Source: the human T2T-CHM13v2.0 reference genome, Homo sapiens
DNA length: 64,000 bases
Reading direction: 5' to 3' (one strand)
Assembly: GCF_009914755.1 (NCBI RefSeq)
Contig: NC_060937.1
In this document: piece by piece, positions 13,430 through 29,191 of the stretch
Layout: the number at the start of each line of letters is the position of its first letter
How positions within the stretch are numbered: the first letter of the stretch is position 1
Translations under genes and position numbers: made by a program
Notes under the pieces: generated by a model
Database searches by the model: none
What the model was told of the DNA's origin: nothing
The model's input: only the letters and a program-made list of their open reading frames with translations

Positions 13430-14150
13430 CAATTAGTCAACAAAAATATACTACAAATCATGGTACTAACAGGTACCATGTGAAGTTCTGGGAACCCTTG
13501 ATAAACAAGATACAATCTCTGCTTCAAGAAGCTCACATTCTAATGAGGGGAGGGAGGGTTTACACACAACTAAACAAGAAATTATGACAGTATGCTATAA
13601 CAAAAGGAGGCACACAAACTAGAGGAGAAGCTAACAAAACTTGAGGGTGGGAAGGTAGACAGTGTAGAGATAAAAGAAACCACCACATAAGATGAGGTCA
13701 AATAAAGGAGGTAACAAGTAGCATAAAGGTTCAGAGGTAGGGGAAAAAAAGGAAGGGCAAGGGAAAAGAAATGAGAATAGAGAGAGATGAGGCTGTAGAG
13801 ATAAAAGTATATCCTTCATCCTAAGGACTATGAATAGCCTTTTGGTTTTAAACAGAGAAGTGCTACTGATCTGATCTGTATTGCAGAATGAATATTCTGG
13901 AAAGAAGGTGGCTAATGGCTTAGAAGATAAGACTGGAGGTAAGGCCAGTTAAAAGGCTTTTTGCTGTCAGATAGGCAAAGAAAAGAAGCCTCAGCTAAGG
14001 AAACAGTAAGATTCTGAAAAGTAGATATTAAAAAGCTATTAAAGAATTAAGAAGGCTGTATAAATAGAACTTGGTGATTTATTTCTTTCATTGGGAGAGG
14101 AGTGAGTAAAATAGGGGTATGAGATAACCAGGTTTAGATAGAAGCTACAC
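13430..14150. mobile_element. Degenerate L2 LINE fragment
   Basis: L2 3'-region motifs aacaagatacaatctctgcttcaagaagctcacattcta, ggttttaaacagagaag...gatctgatctgtattg, agactggaggtaaggccagtta. Confidence 0.55.
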
Positions 14151-14587
14151 TCATGTGTAGACAATGGGTAATTCAGAGTTCATCTGTAGGCAGGTAGGCA
14201 GAAAAAGCATGGAATAAGTGGCAGTGTTAAATAGTACAAGCCTTTCAGAAAGCTCTTGGTGATATATTTCAAGATCATAAAAATTATTATCCTTTGATCT
14301 AGTAACTGCACCCTAGGAATCTATCCTAAAGAAAACTCTAAAATATTTTTAAAGGATTTCACCTCAAAGGTGTTTACTACAACTTTATTCATTATAGCAA
14401 CATTTTAAAAATACCCAAATGAAAGTAATTAAAAACTATAATACATCTACTAAATGGAATAATACGCAGCCATTAAAATGAGATTTATGAAATAATTTTA
14501 CACAGAATATGATTTTGTGTTATTTAAATTAACAATGAGATAACATTGTTCACCACTGTTTTCCAAGAATTAAAAAGAATAACTAAA

Positions 14588-14738
14588 CCCAGGTGTGGTG
14601 GCACATGCCTGTACAGTCCTAGCTACTCGGGAGGCTGAGGCAGGAGGGTCACTTGGGCCCAGTTGTTCGAGGCCAGCCTGGGCAACATAGCAAGATCCTG
14701 CCTCTACAAAAAATAAATAAATAAATAAATAAATAAAA
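14588..14738 (+). mobile_element. FLAM (free left Alu monomer) with (TAAA)n tail
   Basis: Single Alu monomer ending ggcaacatagcaagatcctgcctct followed by an A-rich tail; aaaagaataa on both flanks. Confidence 0.85.
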
Positions 14739-15800
14739 GAATAATGAATACAGGTGATGCTAGAGGAAAACACTACTCTTATACATTAGTCTAGGGAGTA
14801 TAAACAAATTCCTATAACATTTTTAAAACAATGTGAATTATCTGTTAAAATTTAAGACAGATATATACTCTCTGCCCCACACATTCTATTTTGGGAAAGC
14901 TCTACTATACAAACACTAATATGTAGCTCTAAGTTTAAGAATATTTATTACAGTAAAACCCACAAAAACTTACAATAACCTGAATGCCCATCAATAAATA
15001 ATGGTTATATAAACTATGGTATAGCCATATTATGATATTAGGTAGTTACTGTATAGAATGTGGTAGATCCACATTTACTGACCTACAGTGTGTTCTTCTT
15101 GTATTGTAAAATGAGAAAAAGATGTTGCAAATGTATATACATAATACTACTTTTGTAAATAAACATATGTCTACACTTTCACATATGTGTAAGTCTCTGT
15201 ACATGATTATATTTTAATAGAGTAAGATATTAGACTATTAACATTTACTTTGAGGGGGGGATGGAAATGGGAAGGTAGGGGTACAATACAAGCAAAACAT
15301 AAAAATATATGTATTATAACACTAAGCAAAAATGTAAAACAAAATTCAGTCAATGATATAACTAGAAATAAGTAAAACTTGATTAGAAGATGACAACGAA
15401 ATAAAAACAATAATTGAATTAAGGAATAGGTTTATGCAAAACCTTGACCTAAATTCCTATATTACTTTAATATGGTATTTGCAATAAAGCACAAAAAAAT
15501 TTCATGATATAATATTAAAGGGAATACAAACAGGACACCAATATCTATCACAGTATGAAATTATATGAAATAAGTAAAAAAGTGTGAGAAGTTACACCAA
15601 AATTCTACTAATGGTTCTCTTTGTATAAAGGGTTATGCTGATCTATTTTTTCTTACTTATACTCTCTAAATTCTTCATATAATACTTTAATTTAAAAAGA
15701 GACTTTTATGTGTCACTGGAATATCAGCTAATATTGGATTTGATGCGTCAAATCAAGAAAACCATAATGGTTTTAAGGGCTTAAAAAGTAATAGCAACAT

Positions 15801-16122
<322 letters not shown>

Positions 16123-16686
16123 CTATAAAATGGGACTCTCCCATGTAAGCCAGGACATGGGTTTAGCCCATCTACAGCTCACAATTATGAAACTTGGATA
16201 CTTAGAAGAAAGAAGAAAAAGCTAACATTATTGAAGTTTAATTTTCCTTACGAAACAGAGTGCTGAAAAGGAATATAAGGATAAAATCATTGATATGATC
16301 ATCCACTAGTTCTTCTGATGACTTCAAGAGCCCTACTTAAGAATTTCACTGAATAAGCACTTCACTTGCACAGTTAAATTAATACATCAATCAACCCAAT
16401 ATAATCTAAAAAAGACAAGTTATCACAAACCATTGAACTAAAATCTATAAATGAATACTATTAATACCTAAAAAGATAAATTAAAAAAATTAACTAGACT
16501 ATTAATAACACAAAGATTTAAAATTAAAAAGTTCCAAATGTATGAAGAAGCAGTAATATCATTGCTTTCTTGGGTTTCAATAACACATTCCATTATAAGA
16601 GACCTGGTGTCATAAAACAGTAACTAAATTACGTCAATAGGCCTGAAGCTGTCTGAGCAAGGCTTTAGTACAAGAACTAGGGCCCA

Positions 16687-16992
<306 letters not shown>

Positions 16993-17429
16993 CTATGAAA
17001 AACTTAGTTCAGACTTGGTAAATAAGATGAGACAGAAAAGTCAAGTAAAATAATCTAACATAACCTAATTCTTAAATTCTGAAATGTTAACACAGGTAAA
17101 AGCCAATTACTAGTAAGTATAATTATTAACATACTACTAAATTTTTAGTTTCTAAAAAGTATCAACAGGCCAAAGAAATAAAAGATCTGTATGTATGGCA
17201 GCCGGAACACTAACATTTTATTTGATGTTTCTATTCCTCATGGGAGCAAAGCCACTACAATCTTTTCTAGCACAGTGCCAGAGAAGAGCCTTAGAACACT
17301 GTGCAAGTGACTCAGATCTATTTCCAAGACCCTTGACCCATAAATTCTGATTCATTAGGCCCAGGTGATTCTGATGCAGAAGGTCATTGGATCAAACCGC
17401 AAAGTGCAAACAACTGACCTAGCACACTA

Positions 17430-17606
17430 AGTCTCACACTTTGGGACCATCAGAATCACCTGGAACGCTATTAAAGCACAGTTTACTGGCTGTACTCCCC
17501 CAGTTTTTTGTTTTAGTAGAGATCTGAAGTGGGGCCTGAGAACTGGTACTTCTAACAAGTGCCCAAGTGATGCTGGTCCCTTTGAGACCACCTTGAGAAC
17601 CATGGC
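17430..17606. mobile_element. MER5A hAT-Charlie MITE
   Basis: catcagaatcacctgga...gtggggcctgagaa...ttctaacaag...ccaccttgagaacca. Confidence 0.75.
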
Positions 17607-18163
17607 CAGAAAGTAATGAAAAGCACAGCACCTGAAAGAGAGTCCTCCATCCAATTAAAATAAAAATATTTTTTAAAAAGCAAAGGTAAGCAAAGTATGG
17701 ATGCCTTAAACCTAATCAGTATTTTTTTAAAATGGCTTCAGTTGTAAAACATAACTTTTACTCTATTTATACACTAATATGCTTATTGGAGAATATTTAG
17801 GAAACAAATTGTAAAGAAGAAAATAAAAAATATCTATAAACTCACCTGTCAGGAAAAAGCATTGTTAATATTTTGGTATTTATCTTTCTTGTTTTATCTC
17901 TATGGAAGTGTAAGTATATCATATTCATCTAATTTTGTTTTCTTATAAAAATTTGTTTTTAAATAAAAATTGCTTAATGGAGTGCTAAGAATAATATAAA
18001 GATAAAATCATAAAAGTGTCATATCAGAATAGATTTTTAATTACTTAATACAGTATAAGGATTTCCAAAGTCACTGAATGACTCTGAAGTTTGATTTTTT
18101 AAAAAATGAATACATAGTTAGAATTCTTGTCCAAATGCAAAAATATTCATTTAAAATAAAATA

Positions 18164-18478
<315 letters not shown>

Positions 18479-18486
18479 CATACAAG

Positions 18487-18652
18487 CAGGCATCACTTTG
18501 CATAGTGCTGTGTTAACTGAAACACAGAAATACGGGAACTCTGTCCTCCTTTCGCATGATTCTAGGTAACTGTGGTGACTGTGAAAGGGGAGGACATGGT
18601 TCCAATGTGCACACATTTCTGTTAATTTTAGTGCCATGGAAAGCAAGGACTG
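18487..18652. mobile_element. Palindromic MITE (Tigger/TcMar-like, family uncertain)
   Basis: The two halves are imperfect reverse complements (cag...ctttgcatagtgc...gttaac...ggaac..tgtcctcctttc versus gaaaggggaggaca..gttcc...gttaa...gtgccatggaaag...ctg). Confidence 0.55.
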
Positions 18653-19937
18653 TGATAATTGAGGTTCATACTGAAGATTCCACTCAAGAAAAGATATTCA
18701 CTATATATTGTTTTACCAAACATGAAGGAGGGTGATCTAAGAAAGAGTTCTACCAAAAAATAAGGACAAGATAAAATTTATGTACACCAATAATCTGAAC
18801 AAAGTGTTTCTACTGATGTTCTATATATTTAGGACTGCAGATGAAACCTATTTGTCACAAAATATACACTAAGTGCCTAGAACCTCAATCTATCTTTGGA
18901 AAGTCAGATACAACAACATAATTTCTTTAAATATTTAGCTAGTGGAGGATTTTTTTTTTAACTTTAAAGGGTTAATGTTTACAATTATGTTTCACAGGTT
19001 TATGTCAAATTTAAAAATAAATGGCAAAAGAATATTCTGCAATCACCAAGTTATGTCAAGTTATCAATGCACGATTCAATGTTCCTTTATTTCCTATATG
19101 CACAAATATACTATACCTAGAGAAGAATAGCTTTTTTAGAGGGAAGAGAAAAAGAGTAACAAGATACACCGCATTAGGCAAGTAATTAAATGTGAATAAT
19201 TAAGTGTAAGGATGTGCTATACTGTAGTTTAAATGTAAGAAATAGCTGCATTTTGTAGGTTCATTCATGTCGCTCAACCTAATATTTCTAAAGAAAGAAG
19301 AAACAGGTAGCAAACAGATAGAATGGTAACTAATCTGAAAAAATTATATCAACATAAAAAATTATTAATTACCACATCAGAAACTTAATTCTATCCTGTT
19401 TTGTAAGAAATATTTAACATGCAATTTTCCCATATACTTATATAATGTAAATACTGACAGTATCTATATTAATCTCATTAAAATATCCTTTAAAGGACAT
19501 TATGCAAGCAAAGCCAAACAATAGTAAATATTCACCTTATCAATCAACATCACTTATCAGATGCTATGAAGAACACTCTTCATGTGCCAAGTATATGTTT
19601 TACAATTTAAGTTTAGTAAAACTAGAATTCACCATGTGTATTATACATTTTACTACTTATTCCATATATTAACAAAAAGAATAGCTAGAAAAAAATATAA
19701 TGATGGTTAAATGGGTAAAAGGTTTATTTCATGCATCAAATATCATGCCATTTCTAATAAGCATTTAAAATATGCAATATCAGTAAACATTTCTAATCAA
19801 AATTTTGCCTATTGGAGGAATAAAATCATAGACTTCCATAACAATTTGTCTTAATCCTACAAAAAAAAAATTTACTGAGCAAGGAAATCTTTAGTAATAC
19901 ATATATTTATCTTTGCGTATTCAAATACCAATTATAA

Positions 19938-20251
<314 letters not shown>

Positions 20252-20896
20252 AGTTAAATGTATTTTTAAGCTAAGAAACTTTTAAGCTCATAAACAATGA
20301 GGAAAAGATAAACAATAGACCTATCTTTGCAAATGAAACCTGCAGACCTGCCATCTTACTCTTCCTGTAAATAACTAGAATGAGGTTTTTCCAAAAAAGG
20401 ACACATGAAAGCATAGTTATGTGCTGAACTGGAGGGCAGCATAGCAGGACTATGTCCAAATGATAATGAGCATAAATGAGTAAGAAAATAGAAATGAAAA
20501 AGACTAAATTGAATTTTGTTCCACGGTCAAATAGATGAGTCCAAAGTCCGGGTGAAGGACAAGTTGTGAGAATATCTATTTTTAAAAAGTTGCCATTTCT
20601 AATAGTTATTGATAGTAGGCAGATGGCACAGTTCTTAATATGGCTGACTTATGCCATAAACACCCTGCTGAATTAAAAGTATGTTATTAGCACAATTATA
20701 AATACCTAAACGTATGTTATTAGAAGAAGCATGAATACCCTGAATATTTTCCCATTATATGAGTTATCAGAATATTGCTAATTTTAATTTTGATGATTTC
20801 TTACCAAATTAGTTTATTGTGTGAACTTTTCAGTGGTTTCAGGATAGGGTAGGAAAGTGGATTTTCATGTACTTTTTCTCTGTAGCTACATCTTAC

Positions 20897-20998
20897 CTCT
20901 TCCTTCCTCTAATCTGTGCCTTCTGATTACACGTTGCCGTTTTTCTTCTTGTCGTAACTGAAGGTGTTCTTCAATGTTAACCCCGGGCACTGGGACAG
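20897..20998 (-). CDS. MYCBP2: MYCBP2 coding exon (approx. exon 17), 102 nt, (A)VPVPGVNIEE...RLEEGR
   Basis: Manual translation VPVPGVNIEEHLQLRQEEKRQRVIRRHRLEEGR. Acceptor caatcatctag|CT, donor AGAG|gtaaga, phase 1-1. Confidence 0.93.
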
Positions 20999-21168
20999 CT
21001 AGATGATTGGCCAAAAACAACAACAACAACAACATATATGTTATATAATAGCTATGACAGAACTACATAAAATTCAAGAAAGTAAAAGCTAGCAAAAACA
21101 TTGTCTAAAACACACAATATTTTTACTTTAATAATTCTTAGCCAAAAAGGGAAAAAGAATCTCATTCT

Positions 21169-21485
<317 letters not shown>

Positions 21486-21644
21486 TTAAACAATGTCATA
21501 TTGTCAGTTACCGTAAAAGCAGTATTGCATACATTAATTATTATCCTAATTTATTAACATATATCTAAAAGAAATTGTTTAAACTGTCAGACTTACTGAG
21601 TTGAGGACAACTCAGTGTAGCATAGTATAATCAATCAAAATTAC

Positions 21645-21790
21645 CTAAAAGAAGATCTAAAGGTATCATTTCTTTCACTGCATCAAGAATTCCTCTTTGT
21701 CTTGCCTCTTGACCATCTAACTCTCTTGCACAGGCCTTGCAACATCCACACACAGCACAACCAGATTCTCCGGAACCACAACCACAGATC
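21645..21790 (-). CDS. MYCBP2: MYCBP2 coding exon (approx. exon 16), 146 nt, (G)ICGCGSGESG...IPLDLLL; Cys-rich
   Basis: ORF 21631..21825. Acceptor after a T16 tract, ttccccctag|G, donor TTAG|gtaatt, phase 2-1. Confidence 0.97.
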
Positions 21791-22184
21791 CTAGGGGGAA
21801 ATACAAAAAAAAAAAAAAAAGACAACTGAGATATTCCTAATTTGTCTTTAAAACTCTTTTCTATAACTTATTTTCCACATTTTTGAAATTGTTAAATGAG
21901 TAAGCAATGAAATCACCTCTTTAGATCACGATTGTTCATTTTAAAGAAAAGATATAAATAGCAGAATAATTAAAAACAAGACTGATTAAACTCCCAATAG
22001 GCATAATTGGTATATTTCTACAGAAAATACACACAGATTCGACTATCATCAAAGTCACTACTTTAAAAACAATCCTTTAAAAGTCTTTTTGCAGTTAGTG
22101 AAGCACCAGAAGCTTTAGGATTAAGTGACCCAGATGGGTTGGTTGGCTAAAAACAATCAAACAATGTTGCTGTCCAGCAGATAA

Positions 22185-23726
<1,542 letters not shown>

Positions 23727-24286
23727 ATATGTCTCCTTCCCCCTCTCTTCTTTACATGCCTTCACCTCCCATTCTCTCCTTTCACAGAGTCCAATTACCT
23801 GTTCTTTTTCTCCTTCAGCCCTTTCATATCGATTGTGAACCATATGGGGTATATGTTGACAAAGACACTCCCAGAAACTGACTTGGGGTCAGGGAAAGTA
23901 ACTTCTTAGTCACATATTTTGTAGAAGGTATAGCTTTAATGTAGTTCATCAGATCAGTTCTTGAAACTTTTGACAGCCTTGTTGAACCCCAGGTTATACA
24001 GATTTCAGAAGGTACAAAAGGAAGAACATATCTGGCAGCAGTTTAAAAGACATAGCTAGACACCCTGTGAAATGTGTCACTTTTAAAAGCAAGCATTATA
24101 AACAATTTGGAAGATCACTTACTACACAGTAAAAACTGTGACACAGTAATATGCCTGACTGACACTATTTTTAAAATAGTGTTTATGACACCAATTCTCA
24201 AAATTTTCCAAAAAACTGAAGAGGAGAGAACAAGAATTCATTCTTTGAGGTCAGGATTACCCCAATACCAATGTCAGACAAAAGAT

Positions 24287-24506
24287 GAAGAAAAAGAAGA
24301 AGAAAGAAGAGAAGAAAGAAGAAGAAGGAAGAAGGAAAAGAAGGAGAAGGAGGAGAAGGAGGAAAAGAAGGAGAAGGAGGAGGAGGAGGAGCAGGAGGAG
24401 AAGGAGAAGGAGGAAAAGAAGGAGAAGGAGGAAGAGGAGGAGGAGAAGAAAGAAGAAGGAGAAGGAGAAAGAGAAGAAAGGGAGGAGGGAGAGGGGCAGG
24501 GGGAGG
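24287..24506. repeat. Polypurine (GAA/GAG)n low-complexity tract
   Basis: About 210 bp of A/G with a single C at 24392. Confidence 0.97.
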
Positions 24507-25800
24507 CAAAAAAAAAAACCCCTACAGACCAATATCCCTTATGAATAATGATGTGAAAATCCTCAACAAAATACTAACAAAACAAATTCAGCAGGATATT
24601 AAAAGAATTATACACCATAACGAAGTGGGATTTACTCCTGGAATGCAACAAATGAAAATCAATCCATGTAATGTAACACATTAACAGAATGAAAGAAAAG
24701 AAACACATGATCATCTCAATTGATGTACAAAAAGCATTTGACAAAATTCAATGCCCTTTCATAATAAAAACAGTAGACAAACTAGGAATAGAAGGAAATG
24801 ATCTCAACATAAAAACCACATATGAAAAACACACAGTGAACATCATAATGGTGAGAGACTGAAAGCTTTTCCTCGTAATATCAGGAAGAAGACAAGGATG
24901 CTCACTTTGACCAATCCTAAACAGCACTAGAAGTTCTAGCCAGGGCAATTGGACAGGAAAAGAAATAAAGGTCATCCAAAGCAGAAAGGAAGAAGTAAAA
25001 TTATCTATGTTCACAGATAATACAATCTCATAAGTAGAAAACCCTAAAGATTGCACTCAAAAAAACCAATAGAGAAAATGAATTCAGCAAAGTAGGAAGA
25101 TACAAAGTCAACACACAAAAATCAGTTGTATTTCTAGACACTAACAATGAACAATATGAAAAGGAAATTACAGAAACAATTCCATAGCATCAAAAAGAAT
25201 ACACTTAGTAATTAACCAATGAGGTGAAATGAGAACTACAAAACATTGCTGAAAGAAATTAAAGATGACATAAGTAGAAACACATCTATGTTCATGGATT
25301 AGAAGACTTAATGTTTTTAAGATGTTCATACTACCCAAAGCAATCTACAGATTCATTGTAATCCCTATCAAAATCCCAATGATGGTTTTTACAAAATAGA
25401 AAAACCTATCCTAAAATTCATAGAAAATCTCTAGGGACCTCAAATAGCCAAACAATCTTGAAAAAGAAGAACAAAGTACTCGGTTTTGACTTCAAAACTT
25501 ACTACAAATCTACAGTAATCAAAACAATGTGGTGTGGCATAAAGACAGTCATACAGACCAATGGGATAGAATAGACAGCTGAGAAATCTTCCTTCACATA
25601 TATGGTCAGATGATTTTTGACAAAGGAGCCAAGATGGTTCAATAGAGAAAGGATAATCATTTCAATAAACATTGCTGGGAAAACTTGATCTGGACACTTC
25701 TCTAGCAGCATATACAAAAATTAACTCAAAATGAATCAAAGACCTAAATGTAAGACCTAAAACTATTACAAAAAAAAACAAAAAACTCTTAGAAGAAAAG

Positions 25801-25993
25801 GAACATCACACACCGGGGCCTGTTGTGGGGTGGGGGAAGCGGGGAGGGATAGCATTAGGAGATATACCTAATGTTAAATAACGAGTTAATGGGTGCAGCA
25901 CACCAACATGGCACATGTATACATATGTAACTAACCTGCACGTTGCGCACATGTACCCTAAAACTTAAAGTATAATCAAAAAAAAAAAAAAGA
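25801..25993 (+). mobile_element. Short L1PA3/4-like 3' fragment nested in the older L1
   Basis: Near-consensus primate L1 3'UTR with poly-A; TSD agaagaaaag at 25791-25800 and 25994-26003. Confidence 0.93.
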
Positions 25994-27389
25994 AGAAGAA
26001 AAGATAACAGTAACCCTTCACAACACTAGATTGGGAAATAATTTCTTGGATATGATACCAAAGGCACAGGCGACAATAACCAAAAAACAATAGACAACTG
26101 GACTTCATGAAAATTTTAAAAATTTTCTGCTTGAAAAGACAACATCAACAGAGTAAAAACACAACCCACAGACAGAACTTTTTATTTTCAAATCATATAT
26201 CTGATAAGGAATTAATATTCAAACTATATAGAGAATTCCTAAAACTCATCAACAACAACAAAAGAAACTGACAACCTGATTCAAAAGTGAGCAAAGGACT
26301 TGAATAGCATTTCTCCAAAGATCTACAAATGGCCAAAAAGTATATGGAAAGATGCTGAACATCACTAATCACTGGAGAAATTCAAATCAAAACTATAATG
26401 AGATACTATCTCACACCCATTAGGATGCCACTACCAAAATAACAGATCATAAGTGTTAAGAAGGATGTGGAGAAACTGGAACATCTGTACACTATTGGTG
26501 GGAATGTAAAATGGTTGGCCGCTGTGAAAAATAGTATGGCAGTTCCTCAAAAGATTAAAAATAAAATTACCATATAGTCCAACAATTCCACTTCTGGGTA
26601 TATGCCCAAAAGAACTGAAAACAGGGTCTCAAAGAGCTCCTTGTACACTCATCTTCACAGCGCATTACTCACAATAGTTACAATGTGGAAGCAACCAAAG
26701 TGTTCATCAGTGAGTGAATGGATAAGCAAAATGTGGTAATATACATACAATAGAATATTATTCAGCCTCAAAAAGCAAAGATGTTCCGACATATGTGACA
26801 ACCTGGATGAACTGAGGATATTATGCTAAGTGAAATAAGCCAGTCACAAAAAAGACAAATACTCTGATTCTCTTTATATGAGAGGTACCTAGAGTAGTCA
26901 ATCAGACACAGAAAGAAAACAAGAATAGTGGATGCCAGAGGCAGGGGAGAGGGAAGAATGAGGAGTCATTGTTTAACAGTTACAGAGTCTCAGTTTTACA
27001 AGATGAAAAGTTATGGAGATGCATGGTGGTAATAGTTGCACAACATTATGAATGGATTTAATACCACAGAACTGTCTACTTAAAAATGGTTAAGCTGGTC
27101 AATTTTATATGTACTTTATCATAATAAGATATGTAGTCACAATTTTATAATAATTGAAGTCAGCTTAATAGTCCTTAATATTCTGATATATTCAGTTTGC
27201 TTCATTCATAAAGCAATTATTATACTTGGTTAGTATTGTCCATGTAAGTCTATGAATAATTATTATAAATTATGTAAGTCTCTGGAGGAAAAAACGAAGA
27301 ATAATTAATTTCAAAAGGGACCAGATAATTTATAGATTTTGTTCACGATATATACTGGCTGCTTAAGCTCAGAGAGTGGGGATATTAAA

Positions 27390-27530
27390 TTTTATTTTTA
27401 TTATATATTTTTTGAGTTAGGGGTGTTGCTATGCTGCTGAAGCTGGTTTCAAACTCCTGGCCTCAAGTGATCCTCTGGCCTCAGCCTCCCAAAGTGCTGG
27501 GATTACAGACATGGGCCACTACACCCAGCT
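27390..27530 (-). mobile_element. FLAM_C / Alu left monomer
   Basis: Reverse monomer ...aaactcctggcctcaagtgatcct...cccaaagtgctgggattacag...cccagc. Confidence 0.85.
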
Positions 27531-27777
27531 AACACTGAATTTTAATGGAAATAGCGTTGGAGAGATCCAGGAGAATAAATTTCAATTCCAACATTGTTAA
27601 AAAATAATCAGAGTCTTTCTGCATCCAAATTAAATTTAAAAATAAAGAAGTTAGGTGCTTAAAAAACAGAAAACAGAGCCAAACATAAAGCACTACAGAA
27701 TAAATATTATCCTTTGATAAAGACGACTTTATTGCTTATACTAATAATGTAAAGAAAATTTGTTTTTAAAAGTTCAT

Positions 27778-28081
<304 letters not shown>

Positions 28082-28840
28082 TCAGCAGCCTTAAAGAAAA
28101 GGCCTGTTATATATGACCTATTTAACTATGAAAGGCCAAATATAAACTTAGAAATAAACTCCTATTAGATCCAGACAATATTTGGGAAGAAGCAACTATT
28201 ACAGAGTTGACAAAGAGGAAGGTCAAGAGGCAGGGATGGCTGTCTTCCTTCTGGGCTTCTCTTCACAAAATTTTCTCTACTCCCCCAAATCAGCCAATTA
28301 TTACAAAGCTGATCACACAAAGAATATCCCATCATGTTATAGTGGCTATAACTAGCAATGTAGAAAATAGATTCAAAATTCTTCCTAACATCCTAGCAGA
28401 AAACCTGCATTCTTATTCTGCCAAACTTACATATTAACTGTAAATTGACAATAATATAGAACCCTGAAAAATGTGGTCCATTGAGAACAAGGATAAATAT
28501 AGCAGGTATGATGTAACTTTAGAAGCAAGCATACAACGTTTCTAAATTTATAAATGGTACATTTAATTTAAAACAAAACTATATATCTAATCAAGTACTC
28601 TTTATGATATCGATAATTTTATTTAGAAAAGATTCATGTTCAACAGAAAGAAATATAATAGATATCTAGCATTAAATAGGCTTTGAAAAATAATACAAAT
28701 AAAAGTACAGCCCCAAGTCTTGAAAAACTTATGGTCTGTTTTTAAATAATGGTTTAAATGAATCAAATGAAAGAAAGGCAACCTTAGAGATGACATTAAA
28801 TTATAAATTATTATAACAGAAAACAATTATAAGAATTATA

Positions 28841-28876
28841 ATACTTTCTTGGCCTTTTGGCTAAGATCAAGTGAAG
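28841..28876 (+). pseudogene. 3'-truncated U2 snRNA retrocopy (U2 nt ~1-36)
   Basis: atactttcttggccttttggctaagatcaagtgaag versus U2 ATCGCTTCTCGGCCTTTTGGCTAAGATCAAGTGTAG; 23 contiguous identities at 28851-28873. Confidence 0.88.
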
Positions 28877-28986
28877 ATGCCACTGGTCTTTAAGAAAAAA
28901 ATATTAATAGTAGAGTATACTCCGGAATGATTTTGCAAAGAAATGTGTTCTGCACATGTTCTTTAGTAGGAATCATTGTCTCTTAC

Positions 28987-29191
28987 CCTCCGGGGACTCT
29001 GTCTGGCCGTCCACTACTGACACAGCTGGCTCCATAACCTGTACAGTCTCCACAGACAGTGCAAACCATGCACTGCTCCAGCTTCCATTTGTGCATGCCT
29101 GGAGGGCACATCATAGACTTCTCATCTTTTTCATCTAGTTCTTCTTCCAGGTCTTCATCCATTGCTGTTGCCATATTTTCAACTCCAAACC
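28987..29191 (-). CDS. MYCBP2: MYCBP2 coding exon (approx. exon 15), 205 nt, (G)FGVENMATAM...PDRVPG; acidic then Cys-rich
   Basis: ORF 28983..29207. Acceptor gtcaaatag|GG, donor GAGG|gtaaga, phase 1-2. Confidence 0.97.

Larger units (their letters stand above)
24170..27125 (+). mobile_element. Old L1 (L1MB-like): decayed ORF2 and 3'UTR, interrupted by a purine tract and a nested L1PA
   Basis: ORF2 relics (tacagaccaatatcccttatgaa, aaaatcctcaacaaaatact, gcatttgacaaaattcaa); 3' end taaaaatggttaagctggtcaattttat. Confidence 0.88.

Noticed and set aside
20360-20364. Possible 5-nt microexon (tttacag|GAAGA|gtaaga) downstream of exon 17
   Set aside because: It would shift the frame and is supported only by splice-like hexamers, so it cannot be distinguished from chance without RNA data.
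24074-24548. Glu/Lys-, Arg-, Leu- and Pro-rich ORFs in several frames
   Set aside because: These are stop-free readings of the GAA/GAG tract flanked by decayed L1 ORF2.
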